From contig OZ038378.1 in the NCBI GenBank assembly GCA_964036045.1, positions 15,128,001 to 15,192,000 of the forward strand: a DNA stretch of 64,000 nucleotides, given 5' to 3'. The notes below the pieces were generated by a model. It was not told the origin of the DNA. It ran no database searches and was given only the letters and a program-made list of their open reading frames with translations. A program made the translations under genes and the position numbers. Shown piece after piece: positions 1 to 12,935 of this stretch (its first letter is position 1; each line of letters begins with the position of its first letter). This DNA comes from Eutreptiella sp. 'Long Island Sound 2002'. Its lineage: Eukaryota; Protista; Euglenida.

Positions 1-3000
1 AGGAACCGTTCTGTGACAGAACAGCAAAACATATGAAAGCCCAATGGCCCTGGGGGGAGTGTCGCCAAGTGACGGTGGATGGACACCACCGCAGACCAAA
101 CACTAATCGAACAAATGGTCTTGCTCAAAACAAATGCGTTTGAACACTGTTGAGCTAAGTACAAACGATTCGAGTCTGTCTAAAGAGACTGGCCTTGGAC
201 GTTTGTGACGCATGAGGCCTCCCATCAGCTGCAATATCACTCGCCTCTGACTTGTGAGCTGGTGCTCGCTAGACTTGCGACCGGACAAATGAGACAATTG
301 AAAAAATGTGGTGAAAAGGGATGAGCAGTGCACACAGTGCGTGGTGCATCCCAAACCGTGGCTCCACAACAACAGGGTGTCAACTGCGTTGGCCGAACAC
401 CTCAAAAACCATCCAAAGCCTCCTATCCCACCTTCCACACAACCCCTCATCACATGGATGCTGTCAATAGAATTCAACTCACGTTGCACCCCAAAAATCC
501 AGTAGCTTGTGGAAAAGGCCCAAAACTAGGGTTAGGGTAGTTGTTGACATAGAAACCTGTGCGCTGCGTGCAAAGTCATCCCGGATGAGTGAGGCACATG
601 CACAGCCTTTTGGCGCCGCCCTGTTGCAACCCCTTTGCTGCTCTCATGCCCAGCGCCCTATCACCACCCCAGAATGCTTTACCACAAGCTCAGCACTCAG
701 AACACACGCGGGGGAGGCATGACATTGAATGAATAAATGAATGAATGAAAAGATTGCTGAGGCAGTCGGAGCACATTTGTGCTTCTCTGGAGACCACACA
801 CAAAATGTACAGGTTGACACAGGCGGACATGCACTGGGCTGAAGAGATCCATGACTCAGGAGTGTCTTGCCACTGCTAAGTACCCGACGCAACACAAAAC
901 GCAAACTCAACAGATACTACACACGGCACACGATGTAACCCGGGGCCATGATCTCATCACAACATCTGCTCAAACTGCGAGGTCCTCAACTGGTTGCAGC
1001 AAACCAAATCGTTCACAGTGCAAGTACACTGCTGCTACGACATGGGAGGGGGGGGGGTACGGGAGGGATTTGCGCCGCGCACCCCTTTGGAGGTGATTGT
1101 CTCAGCAACAGCCGAACGATTTCCCGCCATCAGACGGAGTTCCTCTTGTAGCTCCGGACACTTCACACTTTCCACTATGCTCTTCCCCCGGCCGGGTCGC
1201 CCCCAGTTGCCCCAATAGTTGCGCCCTGCGCACGCCGCGTGCCTCCACTAGACCCTTATCTATTCGCTTCGCTATGCAACAAAACAAATGGTGCTAAAAA
1301 AATCGTCGTCTGACAGGGTCTCTGGGGCTGGCCACGTCGCGGGGGTCTCGCTGCTCCCCAGCAATCCAAGACTCGCCAGAGATGAGGGTCATCAACTTCA
1401 GGAGTGATACAGTACATGGCAGGACGAAGCCGACGCGTATTGCACTGCAGATACACCGCCTGCACCATGAGGCACCATTGACAGATGTCACATGATAAAG
1501 CAAGGTAAACAGGTGACCCCCGCCCTTGTGCAACGACTGGCAATGGTTTGCTGGATGGACAGGGGGTGACCATCAGGGTCAATTAACGGGGGAAAAGCGC
1601 CGTTTGGCCGCGTTGACTTTGGGGTCCGGAAATGCCACCAAACACTGCACCCGAGGAATGGCATGCTGGGGGCTCACAGCAGCTCAATGGTGTTGCACAA
1701 CGTCCCACTGCAGCAAAGAGACACGCGACATCAACACTCGTCACAGAGACACAAATTCACGTGCATTTGAGGAAGTCGGCACATGTGTCTGTGTCTCAAT
1801 AATCCACATGCAACTCGTACATACGACATGCGCCCTGCATGCACTGCGGGCTACTGTTAGACTTGTATGCCTGGGAAAGGCCTATGGTTATCCCAGTCCA
1901 ACACAAAGTCCCCCCCCCAAAAGGTTCTGTCGCTACAATGCGTCGCCAGCTCCCCCATGGACGATCGCGTCTCACCCATATGCCTCCACCATGGCTATTG
2001 GCCTACACCACTACGTGGAAGCGGCTGGGGCGCATGACATGACAATCTCGTTGGAACAGCGTGGACAGCGCATTGAAGCTGCATCACAGGACAGGACAAT
2101 GACGTGCAACTGGGTACTTGGGTGCTCTGACTGTAGTACTCGTCAAAAATTCTACTGCGATACATAGGGCTGTGCCCCGACCCCCGCCCTGACAAAGGCA
2201 ATTGCAGCTGCTTCAGAGGTGACTTTGCAATCACAGACATGAGAAGACGACCAGGCGTGCAGAGCTGACTCGCGATGGAGAGGGCAGTGCGGGTAGGCTA
2301 GGGCAATGTCATCCGTTTGTCCGCCGTTTCGTTGCCCATGAAACCTACAGGCACCGTACCCACTCAATATGAATGTCAAGGCTGCCGCAGCGACGCGAAG
2401 AGATCTACCCTTTAGCCTTCGCATTCCCATGCTGTATTGTTGTGTTGTGGCCTATAGGAAGCATGGTCGCTCGTTGTCAGAAGGATCTGGCTTCATCCGA
2501 CCCGAAAAAATAGCGCGGCTTTGTTGCTGCTGGTGTCACCTTTGAGTTGCACTCCATCGGCAGCGTGCCACCTCTATGTGCACCAAGACGCAACTGCGCT
2601 ACCACTTGACAAATCCATCAATGAATCGGGTGTGATGTGCATCCAGGCTGTTGTGTATCTTTTGGTATTAAGTGTAGAGCATGTCCCCCTGTTGGGAAAC
2701 CAGCCAGCGATGTTGAAATGTGCATGTGGATGAATGCAAACGAAGGTTCTATTGTTTGGTGGAATTAGCCTTTTTTACAATGGTACCTCCCCACTTGGCC
2801 CACTGCTTTGGGCTTCGTAGGGTCCCTTTGGCACACAATATCGGTCTGCAAAATGCAAGGTCCAAGAACTGGTGGTTGAAGGAGCCTGGTTGCATGGACA
2901 AGCATTGGGAGGGAAAGAGGTGGGTTAGATTCTGGGGTGTCTGTGCATGCCCAGAAGCTGCAGGAGCAATTAATTCCCCATGCGCTGAAGTACCCGGAAC

Positions 3001-3499
3001 AACATGCGGAGCAATGTTCAATTTGCATGCCGGGCCTGCTTTCAGCAGTTTGAGCGAAACAGCAACTGCGAATCGTGCAACTGCAAATAACATGGCATGG
3101 TAAGGAAGCTTTGTTGTTTTGCTTTTTTTGGCGGGGCAAGATGGTCAGGAAAGCCACCAAGGCTCCAGCTGTGCCTACCTCATGATCTTCGGTCTCTGGC
3201 ACGTCCCTGTCCCCAAGTCACAGAGCCTGCATGACCCCTTTCTGCTCTGCAGCCCCATCCACTCCTGGCCCTGCACCAACTGACCTCCATACTGCATAGT
3301 GGGTCTAGATCTCGGACTCCGGTGGGCTAATCGTGAGGATGGAGGGGGTGCATGTCCCATCGAGGCTGGATTGGCTTCATGCGGTACATGCGGTGTCCAG
3401 TGCTCTGCCTTTGTGTGAGTTGCTTGTGTTGATCGAGGTTGTTGGTGTCTCTCAGAGGTGGGGCAGGAAAAGGGCAGTTTTGTACATCACAGTCTGAGT

Positions 3500-6438
3500 C
3501 AGCTCAAAATGCACCCCTAAAAATGAAAAAAAAACAGATGAAAAACATGGCCCTGAAAAACTTGAAAAAAATGTATTTAGCAAGATTTTTGAGAGGTCTC
3601 AAAATGAAAGCGTGTAAAAATGCATTTTTGCACACCTTTTTGATGGATAAAATTCATGAACTTTGACAAACAGGGTTTCCAATGCATGGGCCTTGCGCAT
3701 GAAGTTTGGTAAGGGTGGAGATAATGATGAAAACCAAAAGGTGTTGAATTGCATCTACAAACAGAAGCATCTCATAAGATAATGCAGAGGATGCTTCTTT
3801 GGTACCACCGGTCATGTACTGTAACCTCCAAACTGCTGGACACACCTCTGCAACTCGAGGTTGGTGATTGTAGAGGTTGATTGAGTGATTGTAGTCCATC
3901 AAAAACAGTTTGGTAAATATGAAGTGTTCTTCTCATGCGCAAAGCCCCATGCAAGATAAGAAAAGGCTTTTGTAACTATGGAATTGTGTGTAGAAGGGGC
4001 AATGGCGTTGAAATACACTCATGATGTGCAGGGACCCGTGCATGGAATGTCCAAATCATGCGCAGATGTTGGTACAACAAATAAGGCACCCGTGTAATGC
4101 ACCATGCATAGAGAAGGGAAAGAGTAGCAATAGGAAGGATTAAAATCAATGGCAACACGATACCACTTATTCAAACGACTCCGTGCAGCGCTACATAGGG
4201 CAATAGAAGCATTCAAATAAATGACTATGTGCATCGGTACATTGGGCAATAGGGGGAATCCTTGCACTGTGCGTGGACTGCGCTTAAGGCGCCTCCATAG
4301 AAGCAAAGTGGAATTGAAAGTGGTGGTTTGCTGATAGTTATCATTCGGTCACAACGGTGCCCATGCGACACCATAGGACCTGAATTTTGGCAAATCAAAT
4401 GCGCACACACCGCAGTACAATCTAGAGCGCACGGGGACATTAATAATTGTTTTTTGCGAGTTAAAGACAAACGGCGAAGAAAAGTGGCTGCTTTAAACTA
4501 AAAATGCATCAAGTGACATTTTTGTTATTTGGGAAAGAGGATGCCAAGTTCACGAGTGAGTTTTGACCTCGATGACACAGAAAAGACCGCGCCGGCGGCC
4601 GAAACAGTGCCGCGGGAGAGAATCCCCCTTACGAATCAGCCAAGGACGTCTGGAATGGACTAAAAAAAGGGAACGACACAACATGCGTATTGTTTGGGCT
4701 TCTTCCCGCACATGAGAAAGAACGCAAGAACACATTGTAGCGTTCTAAAGGCCATAGATGAGGAAGGATATGGGTGGGTGTCCGTGTCAAGAGAGGAGAC
4801 TTGGCATGCACACTCCCTTTTGAGACATCACGCAACAGTGCAACGTATGAAACCTAGGTGGGTACAGTGTTCACAAGGTAGCAGGTTGTAGAGGCAACAT
4901 CTTGAGTGATGGCTTACTGCTGTACAACACACCAACACTAAAACAAAATGCCGCCGTGCGCCTCACGGCAACATGGAATGACATCCATGAGAAAAAATTG
5001 TGCCGTGGATGAACAATTGGTACAACAAGATGTCCACTTTGTATTTGGACAAGAGTGCGCTCTCACCGAATGCAACCGCCCAAATGTGTGCAAGGACTGG
5101 CACGACGGGCATGGGGGCGCATGTAAAGAGATCTGTATGAGATATGGAGGGCATTTGAAGTCTTGCTGGTTGAATATTGCCCATTGTTGCTGTATGTTGG
5201 TTACTTGGCGCGGCAATGTAATTATTCAGCCGAGGCACCAAACTCAGCTGCATGGGCCCATGAAGGTTTGCAAGTGGTCATATGCCTGCTGACACGCTAA
5301 AGGGCAAGACCGTGGGCCTCCTAAAATATGGAGAACAATTGCAACAATGCTTTTGTGTCACATGACCTTGCACAACTCGTTATCAAGTTAGGGTTTGCGA
5401 AAATTTGTTGGCGCACTTGGTTGAGAAGAAAGGGCAAAACAACGGGCCTGTTTCCATTGAGCAAGTGGATGACCTTTACCGGCTAATTACAATAGTGCGA
5501 GGTGGTAGCAAGGTCAACAAGATACCAACCAAATTTGTAAACTCTATGCGACAATGAATCACCGCATCCCTAAACTCTAACCGCATTGTGCTACCTTACA
5601 TTGAATGGGACTTGGCTCCCACTTGCACAATAGCACACAGGTGGCCCCGTCGTGTACCCTCCTTCCCCTCTTTGGCACCTAGGCCGAAGGACAACAGTCC
5701 TACTTGAGACTTCTAACTGTTAAAGCGCAGTGTCAAGAGGAAGCTCCGCGAGGACGTTTCGACAAGAAGTACAATGGAGGTGAGAAGGAAGTTGGACACC
5801 TTGCGCAATGTCACTAGAACACGGACACAATGCGCGGGGCGCCGCACATTGAAACTGAAGAGAGAAAAATATTTTCCTCACCTTTTTGATGTGCGGGGCA
5901 GTGTGCATGCATTGTACACCATTGCTCAACCCACAAGGGTTTCCAAACGAGCATGAGTGACAAACACCGAAAGGGGGTAGAAGAAAAAGACGGAGCTGCT
6001 AGGGGTGTATGTTGGCAGCCAAAAGCCTAAGGTGAAGTTGGCGACCGCCAAAAAGAAGTGAGGAGATCATTTTGGGTGAGTGGTGTTTCGCCTCTGTTTC
6101 CTCGGGGTTTATGTGCGGGCCCCACACATGAAGTTTGTTTGCATTTGCATTTTTGAGAAACAAAGAATGTGCAGTTGCGAAACACACTATGTGAGAGCAT
6201 TTCCCATTGTCCCCAAACACACTCACCACATATCATGCTGCCGAAAAGGCATAATGACCTGGTGTTTAAAACAAAACATGTAAAATTAGGGTGAAAATTT
6301 TTTTCATGTGTCAGCTTTTCATGTAAAACATGCCGAAAACCGCGTAAAATGCATTAGTTTGTCTTCTTTCTAATCATGGAGTTCGGGCACCCTCAAAAAG
6401 GTGCCAATTTTCTGTTTTTAGGGTTGCAGTTTGAGCCG
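3500..6438. mobile_element. Decayed ~2.9 kb DNA transposon with ~30-bp imperfect terminal inverted repeats
   Basis: Left end 3500 CAGCTCAAAATGCACCCCTAAAAATGAAAA versus reverse complement of the right end (6408-6438) CGGCTCAAACTGCAACCCTAAAAACAGAAAA. Both subterminal regions are A-tract rich. The interior has only broken ORFs, and no target-site duplication (TSD) was found. Confidence 0.6.
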
Positions 6439-6539
6439 CCCAACAAATTGGAATGCCAACCCCACTGCTGACCATTGCAGCACAACTGCCCCGTGGTGCC
6501 CCACCCCCATACCTTGCCGGGCACCCAGTGCCATGTGCA

Positions 6540-7736
6540 TCAGGCCCTTGGTCGAACGTGACTGTCCATCTGCGCCCTCAGAATTATGTTGGCCAAGACA
6601 TTGGGCCGGTCGCGGTCTCCCTCCCCATCCTCCTCCCTACCACCATCTGCAGCCCCGTCGCCACCATTCTCCGTGCCCCAACAGTTGCCGCCTTCCCCAT
6701 CCCCATAGCGCACAGTGGTCTCCACGCGACTTGGCAGCAGTGGGGGGGGGGGCGACGCGGGCAGTGCCCCGAGCCCCTCCTCGGTGACATGGACACTGAT
6801 GCCGCTGCTACTCCGGCTGATGGGCTGGTCCCTGAGGTTGTCCTCCCCAGGTACGAGGGAGGGGTCTGCCGGTCGCGTGTGTTCAGGTCCGACAGGCTCT
6901 ACATCGGTGCTCGGCAACAGCTCCTTGGCCTCCAACGACTCAACCACGAGGGCCTGGGACGCAACACCTTCTTTGGCACCAGCCCCCGTCTGCCCCCAGT
7001 CGGCCACGTCATCGGCACTGCCCGTGGCAGGGTCTGCCTTGGCAGCGGGCGGCGGCGCCGCGGCGGCCTGGCGCTGGACCTGGCCGGTCAACACGAGCAG
7101 GAGGCCCAGCTGCGTGCAGGCGACTGGGAGGAGCAGGGCGAAGAGGTTGCGGGTGCCCCCTACCAGGACCACCCCCCCGAGCACGGACCCAAGGCACAGG
7201 CCCACGATCCCTGTCAGGGGGGGGAGGACCTTCCCGTCCGGCTGCAGCGGGACGGGCTTGGCGTGCAGCAGCGGCGTCAGTGCCATCGCCAGGTTTTGGA
7301 GGTTCCCGGTGTCCATCGTCGTCATAATGCTCAGGCACTTGTTGGTCCACACCATCTGGAATGCCAGGGACGGGGCCAGCGGAAGAGCGCACCAGAAGTT
7401 GTCGTCACCGTCGCTGAGGGCGTAGAAGACCGCCGGGAAGGCACAGCACACACCCGCCAGGACTGACACGGCCCAGGGCCCCCACCGCGGGCACGACACG
7501 ACGGCCCACTGGCTCACCAACACGGAGGCGAAGTACAGCACGATAGGCACGATGTAATACTCAACAGGCCTGGTCTTGGCGACGTCGTCGATGTCCGCGA
7601 GACACATGCCCAGGTGGATGATATTGCCGCTCATGAAGCCCATGAACACGCCCAGGATCACCAGCGAGATCACGTCGATGTAGCCGCTGATGACACTGAA
7701 CACCAGAATGTACCCCAGTCGGTGGAGGGGCGTCAT
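6540..7736 (-). CDS. Intronless DUF1275/YoaK-family multi-pass membrane protein (~398 aa; alternative in-frame ATG at 7796)
   Basis: Open ORF with the family-like motifs SGYIDVISLVILGVFMGFMSGNIIHLG and TTMDTGNLQNL, several hydrophobic helices, and a long low-complexity C-terminal tail. A pyrimidine-rich tract with AG acceptors lies just upstream of ATG 7736. Family assigned by motif recognition only. Confidence 0.8.
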   Translation of the reverse strand: MTPLHRLGYILVFSVISGYIDVISLVILGVFMGFMSGNIIHLGMCLADIDDVAKTRPVEYYIVPIVLYFASVLVSQWAVVSCPRWGPWAVSVLAGVCCAFPAVFYALSDGDDNFWCALPLAPSLAFQMVWTNKCLSIMTTMDTGNLQNLAMALTPLLHAKPVPLQPDGKVLPPLTGIVGLCLGSVLGGVVLVGGTRNLFALLLPVACTQLGLLLVLTGQVQRQAAAAPPPAAKADPATGSADDVADWGQTGAGAKEGVASQALVVESLEAKELLPSTDVEPVGPEHTRPADPSLVPGEDNLRDQPISRSSSGISVHVTEEGLGALPASPPPPLLPSRVETTVRYGDGEGGNCWGTENGGDGAADGGREEDGEGDRDRPNVLANIILRAQMDSHVRPRA

Positions 7737-9349
7737 GGTCAGCACTACACGGGGCCCATGCCAATAAAAAAAGGTCTGCAAAACGGAAGATGCCATGGAG
7801 CACTCTCAGGATTCAAAGCGTCAAAGCGTAGGGGGAAATGTGGAAAAAATGCAAAATCAGTGCAAGAAAACATCTGGGCAGAAGATGCGATCACTTGCGA
7901 TGAGCACTGGCTGCACCAAACGACCGCACAGAAGCCCCACCGAGTACCGCCAATGTGTAGAGGAAAGGAGGCCTTGCCCAGCACTTCGGTGCAGTCGCCA
8001 CAACGGTCAATGCGAGGCCAGTGTTGGGAGACAAACCAAGTGTGGAGGGCAGATTAGGATGCTGAGGATTTCATGTCCCATTGTTCTTTGTAACACCACC
8101 AACTCTGTGAGTGAACTCCGTGCACTTTATGTGCCAAGCACAAGAACAATATGGACTTGTCCACATTGTAGGAAGTGGTTGGCAGTTGCCACCACATGAA
8201 GCCCCCATTCCTGTGAACCAAAAAAAGAGCTTGAGGGGGGGTGGCTAGGAGCCCATTTGCCCATCCCCACCTCGCTAAGCAGGGCTCTTTGGGCAGGCTG
8301 CCAAAAGAGCCCCTTTGCTGGAGGCCACCCACCCACCCGCACACATACACCGTTCAGAGAGGGCCATCTGGGCTGGTGCCCACAGGACACCTTTTTTGAC
8401 ATTTTTGGACCAATAAGGTTCAACAAAATTTTGGTGGACATCCAATTCTAAAAATGGTTTGATCCAGAAAATTGTTGGTTTGCCCAAACTGTTGAACAAT
8501 TTTTCTTAGTGTGCTCTTGGGAGAAGGATGGCAAATATTGATCCCTGGATGACTGCGATGAACTGGACGGAATCAGATGGAGAGTTCTAGATGATTGGTC
8601 CTGGTGAACGTGTGTCATGGCCGGCACATGAAGGATGCCACACGGCAATAAAAAGAAAGGAAAAGCGTGGATACTGGACAGGCACCTTGCTAGATTGCTC
8701 GAATCATAATGTGGCAGCAGGCGGAGTGTGACAGAATCAAATTCTTCGATACTCTGACCCTGGTGCGATACACTGCAGGCAAAAAGCGCACTTTTACCTG
8801 GGCCCAGCCAAAATGCCTCTCTCTAGACCCCCCCAAAGTCCCCCCCCCCCCAACGTCATTCTCTCGGCTGGTGCCTGCAACATGCGAGCACTGCTTGTAT
8901 ACAGTAAACAGACTGTGCAGCGTTGTGAACCAAAACTGCTTTGTCAGCCCTGACAATGCTGTCCTTTGGAGGCCTCTGCAGTACGCTGCAAATGTCTCGG
9001 AGAGACGGGGTGTGTGGGTTCTTGGGTCACCCATTGGCAGACGACCCGCCTCCACACAACCACACCCCACCCGGCGTGTTGTCTATCTCCATCGCATCTT
9101 GATGCATCAGTTTTGCCTTTTTCCTAGGGGGTAGGGTTTGGTGTGTCTGTTCGGGGTCGGTAAGCACAATGTACCCCAGTTAGTCCCTCCAAGGATTGGA
9201 GCGCACACACATATACGGCAGTTGACACACAGGACCCAGGAGCATATACATGAACTTGCCCGCACCGCGGACTCCGACATCAGTTTCATTCATCTGTACA
9301 CTGAGCCGGTGATCTACCTCCACGCATGCAGCAATGTGGTCCTCTAACG

Positions 9350-10150
9350 ATGTCCAATGTGGCCAAGCAAATGTATATCCCATTCCTCAAGCACATTGGC
9401 CTAGCGCAGCGCCGATCAGGCCCGTTTTTGGGTTACCCTATCCCATTTTCGTGTCTTGGCGTCTTCCCACATCAGTGAATTCACCAAACAGCCTACCATT
9501 GAGACCCTGCCCCCTTGTCATCCACCGCTTAAAGGCGGCAATCTGTTGGCGAATCGCTTCGGCCGAGGTCTTGAGCACCTCGTCAGGCGTTGCCATGAAT
9601 ACTCCATATGCCGCCGCCATGTCGTCAAGCCAAGTACAGAACTTCCATTGGAGCTTCTTTATGTGCTTCCTAGATAGGTGGGGGTCTTGGGAGGCTGGTC
9701 CCTGTTCTTGGGCTGCCGTGCGGTGACCCATGCCAGCACTTCCCAGTCGGCGTGACGCTTTGCCTTTGTGCACCACTCTACCATGTTCTGTTTTGGTGCC
9801 GCTGGCTCCTATTTGAGTTCCCACTTCAGTGGACGCGTGTGCATTCGGGCTCCGGTTTGGGTCCTCAAGGATGTGGTTGGCATCCGTGGTTCAGTCAAAG
9901 TTGGCTGAAACCTAGTGAGCCAGAGGGGTGACACCTTTGGTAGTGGGGAGTCAGGGATGAACTCCTTACGCAGTTTAGACACACCTGCGAGTGCCCTGTA
10001 TTGATAATCCCCTACTATTTCCCTTGTGAAACATTTTTCCCCAAGTGGAATGAACTGAAGCAGTGTAGTGGGGACCAGTAGCCTGACCGCAAGTGATTTG
10101 CGATGCAGCCGCAAGCCAGTTTCCAACGTAGGTGGCCCATGGGCCCCACC
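9350..10150 (-). mobile_element. Decayed coding remnant, possibly the C-terminal region of a retroelement ORF
   Basis: Protein-like segments in shifting frames: FTREIVGDYQYRALAGVSKLRKEF, MVEWCTKAKRHADWEVLAWVTARQP, HIKKLQWKFCTWLDDMAAAYGVFMATPDEVLK, and downstream CARPMC. Interrupted by stops and frameshifts; no diagnostic motif. Confidence 0.3.
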
Positions 10151-12935
10151 ACCGAGGCCATGGTTGCCAAAACGCTACCCAAGTAGTGCATGCCATTAGG
10201 CACTGCTGCACCGCGGCGCTGTGTTGGCTGCGGCACTATGCACAACACTTGTCCTTCTTGTCCCATGCAGGGGCGCATCCCCACCATGTGACTTACCCCT
10301 AGAACCATGGGAGGTAAGCGGCACATCTACGTTTCTAGTGGTTTCCAGCTCAGCCCATGTGGCCCAGTTGTGGGCTTCTACCTGTGCAGGCACAAGAACC
10401 ATGTTTGTGGCGGTGTTGGCATTAATTAGCCATGGCATATGATGTTTGCTGCCATGTGTGGGATGCGCTGCAACAGGGCGTGGTGCAAAACCCCTAGTTA
10501 GTGCACACTTTCTAGAACACCCACCTACACCGATTCATTAGTGACAAGTCAACGATTTCGGATTGCATTGAGGTTTAGTTTGCACCTGCACATTGTATTT
10601 TGCAAGGGCACTGAAATTCTGTACCTAATCTTGAGCTTTGACCACCCACGTGGTATGAAATTTCCTGTGGCCCTCACAACACTACCGGTTTTGTCACATG
10701 CTTCTTCCAGAAAGGTCCTTGTGGCACTTTTCTTTGTGTTGTGCAAGTTCACCTGACGACGGTTGGGCATGTTGCATTCAGGTGCTCTGCTCCGTTGTTT
10801 TGTGTACACCAAACGGGACATTTGGCATGTGCCGTCATGCCAAGTGGAGCCAAGGGAGGCGGGCTCCTTAGACCTTACACCTTCTCTAGCTGCATGGTGG
10901 CTTTGAAATGGACAAAGGTATTCATACACGTGGCAGTGGTCATACCTCGGCTAATTTTGGAAGAACCCTTTTTTTGGTGTATGGGCTCAGTGTGGTGGGC
11001 TAGTGCGAAGCGTGTCATACACTATTAGGGTTGGTGTGTTGGTACTTTACATGTGACAGCACCCTAGCTAGTAGAACCATGCATGACACGTGTGTTCGCC
11101 CTTGCACCCCCTTTACAGATACTTTAGCCTATGACCGGTCACCGAGGATGTGTTTTGCTTTGCTTGCTCGCAAGCCTTGAAAATGACGCATCCATGTGCT
11201 CCCTCCGCAAGTCCTGAGACAGTCCGCTGCAAAGAAATTGAAACCACCGACCCACAAGTGCATTGCATTTGGCTTCAAACTATGCCTCTTTGCCTTTTTC
11301 CCCCACATGTGTCTTTCTCATCCCGGGGTCCAACCACGAACCAATTGTGCATTTGGTTATGGAATTGCGCTTGCTGATTTAATAGTAGTGGTGCAACATG
11401 ATCTGCATGTTCCTCTTTCCCAAGACATGGGCCTTTGCTACTTTGGCTGGTGTGGCCCACGCACACTTTGTGTTCCCCGTTATTCTGCAATCACGGGTAT
11501 TTGGGCTGCTGTAGGGAAGACCTGAAGGGGACTGGGGTTCAACACTACAAGAAAGACCGAGTGGTGGTGGCAAGAGTGGCCACCATAGAGGCAGCAGGCA
11601 GCGTGGCTATGGAAGCGGGGTCAAACAAAGTGTAAAAGATATGATGCCAGGCCTACCTATGAAGAGGTTGGAATCCAAACAGTTCTCTATCCTTTTTGAG
11701 TTGCACCACTCTCGGTGAGGAAACAAAGTACCTTCGCCACACTAGACAACAGAAGAGCCCTTGCAGAATGTGCACCTTCACCATGGTGGCAAGTGTAGTC
11801 ACTAACTTAGTCCCGGCGGTGGGGAGCTAAGTGCACTAGGATGTGTGTGTGTATGGGAGGGGGGGGGGGTCAAAGGGGCCCCGGTGTGCCGTATTGCACC
11901 ACAATAGGGGGCTTCAAAATTTGGCATGCCGTGCCGTGCCATGGCTTTTAATTTTGGCCTCATTGAATGTTCTTGCAATTGCAATATTACATTTGGAAAC
12001 ACATGTTTTCTCATGATTTGTTTTGAGATTAGAGTATTTTTGCTTTTGTTTGCTGTCCTTTGAATTGCAATGTGCACTTTTGAACGTTGGGCTTGTCTGC
12101 ATGCTGCGTTGACTGATTGACTGATATGTTTTGCATGAATTTTGCTTGTGGTGGCATCGCTTCACGGGCAATCAAAGGCAATTGAAACCCTATGTTGGGC
12201 ACCATGCGGTTGTTTGTGAGTATGATGACGCTTTGTTTGTGATCGCCTTGCCTTGCATCGCTTTCCCCTAAGTCTGCCCGAGATCAAGTACATACTGTCA
12301 AACTTTGCTGTGGCTTCCTTCGTTTGCTTTGGTGCCCCTTCGTCTTGGGCATAACATTGCAATGATATTCCTCAATCTAGGTTAGACAACAGCGCTTTGG
12401 GCCCATTTTCTTGGAGTTCAAATTTCAATTAGGAAATGATCTATGAAGTATTAGGAAATGGCTTTGCTTGCTTCATCATGCGTTAGCATTTCAGGCGTTT
12501 CTTTGTGCACGAAGACTTGTTGCAAGAGCTGAATTGGGGTATAGGAAGAGTGGATTGCCACTTGATGCATGATGTGCCAAGTTTCTAATGGGTGAACTTG
12601 GCAAGGGGACGAGGGTCCTTCGGCACAGCACCGAAATCGCATGGAAACAGAACAGTTGACTCAGGTGATGGCATGTTATGCCATTTGCCATTTATCAGCT
12701 TTCCCAGCATTTTCAAGTGGTTTGCCATTAGTGTATGCAGGGGGATGGGGGCCATGATGTCAGGTTTTTGATTAACCAGCATGATCCTGACCTCATGCCA
12801 GACTTACTCAGTCTAATATTCACAGATTGTTTTGCCTTGCTGGCACTGCAGCGCAAACTAGACCGCGCCCCCTCATCCCCTTCCCTCTTCCTTCGAAATG
12901 CTCCTCTTCATCTTCACAGTCCCCGTTTTCGGCAG

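Noticed and set aside
1-3200. Protein-like fragments near the window start (e.g. DPTKPKAVGQVGRYHCKKG, CSDCSTRQKFYC)
   Set aside because: Stop-ridden, with no recognisable family or termini. Probably decayed mobile DNA but unsupported as a feature.
6453-7466. 337-aa plus-strand ORF overlapping the DUF1275 gene
   Set aside because: Antisense shadow of a GC3-rich hydrophobic gene (Q/H/G/R-rich, no motif).
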